Shown here in pieces: positions 24,010 to 30,221 of a stretch of 32,000 bases of DNA (its first letter is position 1; each line of letters opens with the position of its first letter). This DNA is from Candidatus Saccharimonadota bacterium (GTDB lineage: Bacteria > Patescibacteriota > Saccharimonadia > Saccharimonadales > Saccharimonadaceae), in assembly GCA_025349965.1 (NCBI GenBank), contig CP075337.1:90001-122000 (forward strand), given 5' to 3'. The translations under genes and the position numbers were made by a program. Under the pieces are notes generated by a model. The model had not been told where the DNA came from. It did not search any database and saw only the letters and a list, made by a program, of their open reading frames with translations.

Positions 24010-24165
24010 CTTAAAAAACAAAAGAAGGCACCGTGAAGTGTCTTACGCTCGTAGCAGCAGGTTTTGCCTAACTGTTTACACGGTGCCTAATTTATAGGCA
24101 AAAACCGTAACAGAAACCTGCAACGAAAATCCACTGCTATTTTATTAAACGTAAGACACTACTAG
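24010..24165 (-). promoter_or_regulatory. Structured RNA element: candidate pseudoknotted leader/attenuator of the DUF4352 gene, or an independent sRNA
   Basis: Four perfect complementary pairs are present:
- A: 24026-35 / 24079-88, 10 bp
- B: 24037-47 / 24150-60, 11 bp
- C: 24057-64 / 24114-21, 8 bp
- D: 24062-70 / 24095-103, 9 bp

B, C and D nest, while A links the apical loop to the flank. The minus strand ends with TTCTTTTGTTTTTT. The strand and TSS are tentative. Confidence 0.4.
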
Positions 24166-24384
24166 TATATCCTATTTGGTTAATAACAGAAGCGGAGCAG
24201 TGAGGATTGCCTTATTTTTGGTTTTTATGACAACGAAAAAGCCTTCTGAAAAAGCTATAATATAAGTAGTCGTTTTGATAGAAATGAATGTCTATTAATA
24301 ACAAGCTATAGTGGTGACTAGGACTCTAAGACGGAGTAAAACGGCCCATCTTATCCTGCTATTCAGCGCCTAAAGACTAACTGG

Positions 24385-24398
24385 CCAATATATATTGG
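24385..24398. repeat. Perfect 14-bp palindrome CCAATATATATTGG within an imperfect palindrome of about 40 bp
   Basis: It lies 34 nt upstream of the small ORF/recombinase operon. The flanks AAAGActAACTgG and tAGTTtttCTTT extend the symmetry. The right arm contains a third TTGGTAG (24395-24401). Confidence 0.6.
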
Positions 24399-24431
24399 TA
24401 GTTTTTCTTTGTCGCAGAATAGTGGAGAGAT

Positions 24432-24647
24432 GTGGTGCGAGATAAAGACCACGAGCTACTCGAAGATGCAAAACAAACAATTACAGTTAAAGAAGCGAGG
24501 AAGCTGCTCGGAGGCAATTTTTCATCTCTTAGTGACGAAGCTTTGGAGGATATGATAACGGTGCTAACTCTTATCGCAAGAGCTTCTATCACACCTGAAT
24601 TCAGTTCCATAAAACATAGCTCAACCAGTAAATCCCTATATAATTAG
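24432..24647 (+). CDS. Small helical protein upstream of the recombinase (possible directionality or regulatory factor)
   Basis: GTG start (24432 or 24435) after GGAGAG. 71 aa, acidic and helical (ITVKEARKLLGGNFSSLSDEALEDMITVLTLIARA). It ends 4 nt before the recombinase ATG. The functional call rests on position only. Confidence 0.4.
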   Translation: MVRDKDHELLEDAKQTITVKEARKLLGGNFSSLSDEALEDMITVLTLIARASITPEFSSIKHSSTSKSLYN

Positions 24648-24651
24648 TTCC

Positions 24652-26196
24652 ATGAAAAAAGGATTGATTTATGTTAGGGTGTCCTCTAAAGAACAGGTAC
24701 AGGGTACGAGTCTTGTTGAACAGGTCCGTGCTTGTCAGGAGTTTGCACGAAAGAAAGACACTGCCATTACAGAAGACGGTATTTACCGTGAAGAGGGTGA
24801 ATCTGCTAAGGTAATTGACCGCACCGAACTGCAAAGACTTATCAAATTTGCAACAAACAAGAAAAATGAAGTGGACGTACTTTATATCTGGAAAATTGAC
24901 CGTCTGGCTCGGAATCTAAGTGATTACTATGCGATTAAAGTATTACTTGCTCAGAGTAATGTAAAAATAATCTCCGTAACGGAACCTATTGATGATGACC
25001 CTGTCGGAAGATTTCTTGAGGCTATATTGGCAGCTGCCGCACAATTTGATAATGAGATTCGTGCCATACGAACTACGGGCGGTATGCGGGCGAGGGTTGA
25101 GCAGGGTCGCTGGCCTCACGATGCACCAATCGGCTACCTAAAGAAGAACAAGCGTGTTGTTATAGACCCCGTATTCGGTCCTATAGTAAAAGAGCTTGTG
25201 CTGACCTATTCAAAGGGCGGCTACAATTATTCAGACTTGGCTAGCCTAGCTTTTAAAAAGGGAATAATGACGAAATCTGGTAAAAAGAAAACAACTGACC
25301 AGATGAAGCGCATGGTAACTAACCCTATATATGCAGGTTTTACCGTTAGTAAGCTTTCACCCACTCCTGTTAAGGGTCTGCATGATGCTTTAGTTGATTT
25401 GGAGATTATAAAAAAGAACACGAATATCGTTAATGGAGTGGTAAAAAATTACTCAGTGCAGGGTGATGACCTATTTCCTCTTCGAGGTAGCCTACTTTGT
25501 ATTATTTGCGAGAAAACTATGACCGCAAGCGCACCAACAGGGTCTAGTGGCGATAGATTCCCTCGTTATGGCTGTAACCGTAGCTCGTGTACCAAACGGG
25601 CTACAGGAAGGGCTATTGCGAGCAAAGGTATTGATGTGGTTCACGAGGACTTTCGTGACCTCTTGCGCTCTCTGAAGCCACTAGATGAGGGCGTAGGGCG
25701 TCTCTATAAAAAACTTGTCTTGCGTGTATGGAACGAGTCGTTTGCTAAAACAACCGAGTCCATTAGTGATATTCAGAAAAAGATTGAGCGGGCTGAAAAA
25801 TTCAAGGTAAATGTCACGGCGAAGTTTATCAACGACCAGATTACTGAGGCTGAACGTAATCTTCAGATGGACGGTATTGATAATGAACTTGCCTCGCTAA
25901 ATCAAGAGCTTGAGAATCTAAGTGAGTATAAAGAGCGAAATGAAGGTTTGGTTGATACGGCTATGGAATTTGTAAGTGACCCAGAAAAGTTTTGGAACCG
26001 TGCTGCTACCCCTGTTAAGAAACTAGTCCAACAGTTCCTATTCCCAGGCGGCATTGCCTATGATTTTGAAACAGGGTTTGGAACTATCGAAAAGATTGAT
26101 TCTTATCTGTTAATAAACAAAATCAGCGGTAAAACCGCTGAAAATACTAATTTGGTAGCAGCGACAAGGATTGAACTTGTGACCTCGAGCTTATGA
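24652..26196 (+). CDS. Large serine recombinase (phage-integrase type)
   Basis: Resolvase catalytic domain with the Ser motif LIYVRVSSKEQ and IWKIDRLARN. It also has a recombinase domain, a zinc ribbon (CIICEKT...RYGCNRSSC) and a coiled coil (ISDIQKKIERAEKF...LNQELENLSEYKER). The last 14 codons are read from tRNA-Met sequence. Confidence 0.9.
   Translation: MKKGLIYVRVSSKEQVQGTSLVEQVRACQEFARKKDTAITEDGIYREEGESAKVIDRTELQRLIKFATNKKNEVDVLYIWKIDRLARNLSDYYAIKVLLAQSNVKIISVTEPIDDDPVGRFLEAILAAAAQFDNEIRAIRTTGGMRARVEQGRWPHDAPIGYLKKNKRVVIDPVFGPIVKELVLTYSKGGYNYSDLASLAFKKGIMTKSGKKKTTDQMKRMVTNPIYAGFTVSKLSPTPVKGLHDALVDLEIIKKNTNIVNGVVKNYSVQGDDLFPLRGSLLCIICEKTMTASAPTGSSGDRFPRYGCNRSSCTKRATGRAIASKGIDVVHEDFRDLLRSLKPLDEGVGRLYKKLVLRVWNESFAKTTESISDIQKKIERAEKFKVNVTAKFINDQITEAERNLQMDGIDNELASLNQELENLSEYKERNEGLVDTAMEFVSDPEKFWNRAATPVKKLVQQFLFPGGIAYDFETGFGTIEKIDSYLLINKISGKTAENTNLVAATRIELVTSSL
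26152..26158. repeat. Right copy of the 7-bp direct repeat TTGGTAG (putative attR core)
   Basis: Covers the tRNA-Met 3' terminal CTACCA plus 1 nt. Identical to 20495-20501. Confidence 0.5.
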
Positions 26197-26229
26197 GTCT
26201 CGCGCTCTAACCAACTGAGCTACGCTGCC
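26153..26229 (-). tRNA. Elongator tRNA-Met (CAT), CCA encoded
   Basis: The reverse complement is GGCAGCGTAGCTCAGTTGGTTAGAGCGCGAGACTCATAAGCTCGAGGTCACAAGTTCAATCCTTGTCGCTGCTACCA, a 77-nt cloverleaf. The D arm and variable/T region match E. coli elongator tRNA-Met as I recall it. There is one A-G mismatch closing the anticodon stem. Confidence 0.9.
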
Positions 26230-26261
26230 GTATGTGCAGTTTTATCCAAACTACAGATATG

Positions 26262-26270
26262 ATTCTAGCA
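26262..26270 (-). promoter_or_regulatory. Extended -10 (TGcTAGAAT) upstream of tRNA-Met
   Basis: The minus strand reads TTTGCTAGAAT, about 32 nt upstream of the tRNA 5' end. Confidence 0.45.
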
Positions 26271-26320
26271 AACTTTGGAGCGTTTGACTAGGGTTGCTGT
26301 TTAGGATTGCTGAGAATGGT

Positions 26321-26329
26321 TGGTATAAT
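26321..26329 (+). promoter_or_regulatory. Extended -10 (TGgTATAAT) 6 nt upstream of ATG 26336
   Basis: TGGTATAAT-GGGAAT-ATG, with a possible -35 TTAGGA at 17-nt spacing. Confidence 0.55.
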
Positions 26330-26335
26330 GGGAAT

Positions 26336-27403
26336 ATGAAAACAGCACAGCAGATGAAACGGTATATTAAACGGCATCCACTCGCGGCGAAATTGTCACT
26401 GGCGCTTGTGGGGGTAATTGGGCTTCAGGTGGCGCTGGCAACTGCTTATCTTGTTGCGTTCCATGATCCAACCCCGCGGGAGATTCCCGTGGCAATCGTC
26501 TCGGCTGATGCTACTGTCAAAGATTCATTCCGTGATGCAATGAAGGATACGTTTGCTGTGCGCGAGGTGGATTCTATTGAGGCTGCTCGTGACGAACTCA
26601 AGCAGAAAGAAATTTATGCAATCTACAAACCAACTCCATTGCAAAGTAATGTAGTGATTGCGACTGCGCTTGATAAGAAAATAGCTGACGCGGCAAAAGC
26701 TAGCATGAGCACTTTTGACGCACAGTATCAGCAGAATGTCGTGGCAATGATGGCGAAACAAAACCCTCAAGCCCCAGCTCAGGCGAAGGCGCCACTTGTT
26801 GATGATGCAATTCCGCTTGTTGAAAATGATGCAACGGGCTCGGGCTTATTCTACGTCGCGTTTAGCTTTGTCTTTGGTGGTTACCTAGCTGCGGTTGCAA
26901 TCAGCACTGTCCGTGGTGATTCAAAGTTAACTCGCCGTCGAGTATTGGCGCGCGTGGCGGGCCTGACACTCTTTAGTCTTGCGGGTGCGCTCTTCGTAAC
27001 TCTCATTGCCGTACATGGCGTGAAGGTGTTGCCATCTGCTGTGTTCTGGGCAACATGGGGTATTGGCGCCCTTGCCACACTTGGTGTGTCACTCTTGGCG
27101 AGTGCGCTCATTTCTGTGCTTGGGACAATCGGTACCGGTCTTGTCATTATTCTCTTTGTGATTCTTGGTACGCCTGCTTCGGGTGGTCCGTTGCCAGTTC
27201 TCTTTATGGACGGCGGAATCTGGTCATGGCTTTCAACGCTTCTTCCTACCGGGCAAACGATGGAGGCAATTCGTAGCGCAGCTTATCTTGAAGGCGCGGG
27301 TGTCTGGTGGCATCTGCTTGTATTGGCTGGGTATGTCATTATTGGCGCGGGCGTGCTTGTGCTGTATGGTATGCGCCACCGAAGTTTTGAAGCAATTGAG
27401 TAG
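26336..27403 (+). CDS. YhgE/Pip-like or DUF3533-like (ABC-2 type) integral membrane protein
   Basis: One N-terminal TM helix, an extracytoplasmic domain of about 150 aa, then 5 C-terminal TM helices. The start was moved from TTG 26294 to ATG 26336 (MKTAQQ). The family call is from topology and memory. Confidence 0.6.
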   Translation: MKTAQQMKRYIKRHPLAAKLSLALVGVIGLQVALATAYLVAFHDPTPREIPVAIVSADATVKDSFRDAMKDTFAVREVDSIEAARDELKQKEIYAIYKPTPLQSNVVIATALDKKIADAAKASMSTFDAQYQQNVVAMMAKQNPQAPAQAKAPLVDDAIPLVENDATGSGLFYVAFSFVFGGYLAAVAISTVRGDSKLTRRRVLARVAGLTLFSLAGALFVTLIAVHGVKVLPSAVFWATWGIGALATLGVSLLASALISVLGTIGTGLVIILFVILGTPASGGPLPVLFMDGGIWSWLSTLLPTGQTMEAIRSAAYLEGAGVWWHLLVLAGYVIIGAGVLVLYGMRHRSFEAIE

Positions 27404-27404
27404 G

Positions 27405-27413
27405 TGCTATACT
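27405..27413 (+). promoter_or_regulatory. Extended -10 (TGcTATACT) upstream of the polymerase operon
   Basis: TGCTATACT-AGATAT is followed by ATA rather than ATG. It shares the 14-mer TATACTAGATATAT with 6717-6730 and would give a leader of about 140 nt before 27563. Confidence 0.45.
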
Positions 27414-27562
27414 AGATATATACCGTGCGATACACACTGCCGTGAAGGTAAGCGTCCCTCGCAACTGGTCATTCATCGTTTTCGGACTCTCTGTTAAGAA
27501 ACGGATAGAGAAGAACGGGCGAAACAACAAAACAACGTTTCCTGAACTATAAACGGGAAGTA

Positions 27563-27835
27563 TTGAATATGAATGACGAACTCTTTTTAAGCGAATTAGT
27601 ACAGGTGGTAGCGGTGTTTCGGGCCGGTCACCATCCTTGTATGCCAATTAAATTTAAACGGGCAAATGGGCAAGAGGTGCAGGTGAGTGAGCTTGGCCTT
27701 CGCCATCCCCTGCCCCGCGGCACAAAGACGGTGCATATTTTTGACGTGACTGACGGCGGGACTGATTACCGGCTTGAATTTGATAGCGAGCGCTTAACGT
27801 GGCACTTAACACGAGAGGCGGACCATTATGAATAG
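27563..27835 (+). CDS. Small beta-rich protein translationally coupled to the Y-family polymerase
   Basis: 90 aa. Its stop overlaps the polymerase ATG by 8 nt. No family is confidently recognised. Its position mirrors UmuD/YolD-type accessory genes. Confidence 0.55.
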   Translation: MNMNDELFLSELVQVVAVFRAGHHPCMPIKFKRANGQEVQVSELGLRHPLPRGTKTVHIFDVTDGGTDYRLEFDSERLTWHLTREADHYE

Positions 27836-29081
27836 ACTGCCAGAACACGATGAGTTTAATGAAGCGCGGCCAATGATTATGCACGTTGATCTTAATAGCT
27901 GCTTTGCAACGGTTGAGCAACAGTCGCGGCCAATGCTACGTGGCAAACCAATTGCAATTGTAAACCGGCGTACTGAAAAGACGGCCATTGTGACGGCAAG
28001 CTATGAGGCAAAAGAAAAGGGCGTCAAAGTAGGGATGAAACTCGCGGAGGCAAAGCTACTTTGCCCGGATATTGTGGCACTTGAAACTGATGCGCCAAAA
28101 TATCGCTACGTGTATCATAAACTTCTTGCTATCATGCAAGACTATTCCGCCCACGTTACGATGAAAAGTATCGACGAAGGTATTATTGATTTTCACCAAG
28201 CAGATAGCACAACCCAGGCACGTGACTTAGTTGAGATAGGGTATGAAATTAAGCAGCGTCTGAAAGATGAGGTGGGGGTATGGATGCGCTGTAATATTGG
28301 TATTGCCACAAATCGTTTTTTGGCAAAAACCGCCGCGGGACTTCACAAGCCGGATGGGCTAGATGTTATAACGTCGCAAAATATACAGCAAGTATTAGGG
28401 GAGTTAAAACTCACTGATCTGACGGGTATCGCGCATAGAAACCAAGCTCGGCTTAATAGCGTTGGTATCACGACTCCCCTACAGTTTTTTGATGCTGACG
28501 CTGAGGTTTTGCGGAAGATTGTTTTTAAAAGTGTTGTTGGTGAATGGTGGTACAAACGACTCCGCGGTTTTGAGGTTGACGATGTTGCGACACAGATGCG
28601 CCGAGTCGGACGCCAGTATGTACTGGAGCGATTTGACCTGAAGAGAGAAGAGGTGCTGCAACGGCTGTACCATTTGTGTGAGTCGGTGGGCGGGAGGCTA
28701 CGTGGCAAGGAATTGGCGGCACGGGGAGTGTATGTGTATGCGAAAACGAGGCAGGGGAAATACTGGCACTCCTCTACCCTGTCACCACTTCCCTTTTCCA
28801 GTGACAAAACAATCTACCAGCAAGCGACGCTTCTATTTGAAAAAGCACCAAGCGATATTCGTGAAATTGGCGTGCATTGTTATGAACTTGAGGCGGCTGA
28901 TTTTAGAACAAGCCAGCTGAGCTTGTTCGCCGAAGATTTGGTAAGAGAGCAAAAGCTGGTACAGGCAATCGATTCTGTTAACAGTCAATTCGGCGAGCGA
29001 ACGGTGCATGCCGCTTCAACGCTTTCGACGGGAATATACATGAAAACGCGTATTCCTTTTGGGAGTACAAGGTTTTTGTGA
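27828..29081 (+). CDS. Y-family DNA polymerase (DinB/UmuC-type translesion polymerase)
   Basis: IMHVDLNSCFATVEQ carries the catalytic Asp/Glu motif. SIDEGIID and the HhH-like LTDLTGIAHRNQARLNSVGITT are present. An alternative start is the Met in MIMHVD. Confidence 0.85.
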   Translation: MNRLPEHDEFNEARPMIMHVDLNSCFATVEQQSRPMLRGKPIAIVNRRTEKTAIVTASYEAKEKGVKVGMKLAEAKLLCPDIVALETDAPKYRYVYHKLLAIMQDYSAHVTMKSIDEGIIDFHQADSTTQARDLVEIGYEIKQRLKDEVGVWMRCNIGIATNRFLAKTAAGLHKPDGLDVITSQNIQQVLGELKLTDLTGIAHRNQARLNSVGITTPLQFFDADAEVLRKIVFKSVVGEWWYKRLRGFEVDDVATQMRRVGRQYVLERFDLKREEVLQRLYHLCESVGGRLRGKELAARGVYVYAKTRQGKYWHSSTLSPLPFSSDKTIYQQATLLFEKAPSDIREIGVHCYELEAADFRTSQLSLFAEDLVREQKLVQAIDSVNSQFGERTVHAASTLSTGIYMKTRIPFGSTRFL

Positions 29082-29092
29082 CGGTGTATCCA

Positions 29093-29101
29093 TGCTATAC
29101 T
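29093..29101 (+). promoter_or_regulatory. Extended -10 (TGcTATACT) of an ORF-free transcription unit
   Basis: It lies 12 nt after the polymerase stop. No ATG occurs before the terminator at 29326. Confidence 0.5.
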
Positions 29102-29107
29102 TTTGTA

Positions 29108-29351
29108 CAGATACCTCTGTGGAATCTATACAATTCGGCGACCCCACCTAAGGCCTGTGCGGTACGGTGGAAAAACACACAAGAAGACGGTACTAACCCC
29201 GTCGTTTAGATACTTTCTTGTGTGTCGCATTGGGAAACCTTTGCGGAGTCGTTAATTCGGCTCGTCTGGCGGCGGGCTTTGTGCAGTGAAGGCCGGTTGT
29301 TGTTTTTGTAGGAATTGTCTCATACTGCCACCGGGCTGCGGTGGCATTTCT
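29108..29351 (+). ncRNA. Candidate structured non-coding RNA of about 245 nt, class unknown
   Basis: The unit has its own promoter and no ATG-initiated ORF. Helices seen:
- CACACAAGAA / TTCTTGTGTG (29176-85 / 29215-24), enclosing GACGG / CCGTC
- GAGTCG / CGGCTC
- CCACC / GGTGG

A terminator TGCCACCG-ggctg-CGGTGGCA plus TTTCT lies at 29326-29351. Confidence 0.45.
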
Positions 29352-29355
29352 AATC

Positions 29356-29364
29356 TGTTATAAT
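29356..29364 (+). promoter_or_regulatory. Extended -10 (TGtTATAAT) of yebC
   Basis: Lies immediately after the 29326 terminator. The leader of about 40 nt carries an ACGGAG SD. Confidence 0.55.
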
Positions 29365-29408
29365 AGTAGAAAACGACTATAAATAGTAAAACGGAGCTTC
29401 TTTTTATT

Positions 29409-30128
29409 ATGGCTGGACACAATAAATGGTCTAAAATTAAGCGCGAAAAAGGCGCAAATGACGCCAAGCGCGGCGCGGTGTTTACAAAGATTGGTAATCA
29501 GATTGCTATTGCGGCGCGAGCTGGTATTGATCCAACAATGAACTCGGCACTTGCACTTGCAATTGAAAAGGCAAAGCAGGCAAATATGCCAACGGCAAAT
29601 ATTCAACGCGCGATTGACCGCGTTGCTGATAAAAATGCAGCCGCGCTCGAAGAGATTACCTATGAGGGCATGGGCCCTGGTGGTATCGGTATTATTATCG
29701 AGACCGCTACGGACAACAAGAACCGTACATTCCCCGAGGTACGTAATGCGCTTGCAAAGAATGGTGGGCGTATTGCTGACGCGGGAAGTGTAATGTTCCA
29801 GTTCGCACGCAAGGGTGTTATTACCGTTGCTGCAACGGGAGAAGACGCACTTTTGACCATTCTTGACTCTGGTGCCGACGATGCAGTCGAGGAAGGCGAC
29901 GAGATTACCGTCTATACGGATCAAAAGGATCTTGCAAAGGTGCGGAGCGCGATTATCGACGCGGGACTCGAGGTGACTGGCGCTGAACTGCAGTATGTTG
30001 CGGCAAATACCATTCCAGTTGATGATGCCGAAGTCGCGGCAAAAATTTTCAAGGTGCTTGATGCAATTGATGATCTCGATGACGTAACAAATGTCCACAC
30101 TAATGCGGACATTCAGGCGGAAGTTTAA
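29409..30128 (+). CDS. yebC: YebC/PmpR family DNA-binding transcriptional regulator
   Basis: MAGHNKWSKIKREKGANDAKRGAVFTK is the family N-terminus. Length is 239 aa. Confidence 0.95.
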   Translation: MAGHNKWSKIKREKGANDAKRGAVFTKIGNQIAIAARAGIDPTMNSALALAIEKAKQANMPTANIQRAIDRVADKNAAALEEITYEGMGPGGIGIIIETATDNKNRTFPEVRNALAKNGGRIADAGSVMFQFARKGVITVAATGEDALLTILDSGADDAVEEGDEITVYTDQKDLAKVRSAIIDAGLEVTGAELQYVAANTIPVDDAEVAAKIFKVLDAIDDLDDVTNVHTNADIQAEV

Positions 30129-30149
30129 ATCTTTTTGAACGAAGCCTGG

Positions 30150-30180
30150 AAAGACCCCGAGACGGGGTCTTTTTTGTTTT
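30150..30180 (+). terminator. Rho-independent terminator of yebC
   Basis: AGACCCCG-aga-CGGGGTCT followed by TTTTTTGTTTT. Confidence 0.85.
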
Positions 30181-30221
30181 ACTTCATTACCATTTAATTT
30201 TCGATTGCCATACTAAGGGAC

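Larger units (their letters stand above)
20495..26158. mobile_element. 5,657-bp serine-recombinase integrative islet inserted at the 3' (CCA) end of tRNA-Met
   Basis: TTGGTAG occurs at 20495-20501 and 26152-26158. A large serine recombinase gene abuts the tRNA. Hand-counted lines give 38-42% GC inside versus 50-52% in both flanks. The tRNA is separated from a terminator that fits it. Confidence 0.7.

Noticed and set aside
24395-24401. The third TTGGTAG as evidence of a second att site or nested element
   Set aside because: A given 7-mer is expected about twice per strand in 32 kb, and two of the four copies are simply tRNA CCA ends. It is noted only as part of the palindrome finding.
24430-24570. 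An alternative ATG-initiated frame (MWCEIKTTSYSK...) overlapping the 71-aa ORF
   Set aside because: It is shorter, basic and Cys-containing with low-complexity character. The GTG frame is longer, helical, and ends 4 nt before the recombinase start.
27490-27550. An SOS/LexA box in the polymerase leader (AGAACGGGCGAAAC; GAAACG...CGTTTC)
   Set aside because: The half-sites are direct rather than palindromic for GAAC-N4-GTTC. The inverted GAAACG/CGTTTC pair is 32 nt apart. No lexA gene or motif for this lineage is available to me.
29108-29351. Assigning the ORF-free RNA to RNase P, SRP, tmRNA or a known riboswitch
   Set aside because: By eye it has no GAGGAAAGTCC, no GGAAGCAGCC-type domain IV, no tRNA-like 3' end with a tag ORF, and no convincing ZTP or c-di-GMP core. 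Its class is left unknown rather than guessed.
29358-30098. 246-aa minus-strand ORF
   Set aside because: It is antisense to yebC, whose N-terminus is unmistakable. The sequence is Cys/Asn/Ile-rich and looks like a shadow ORF.
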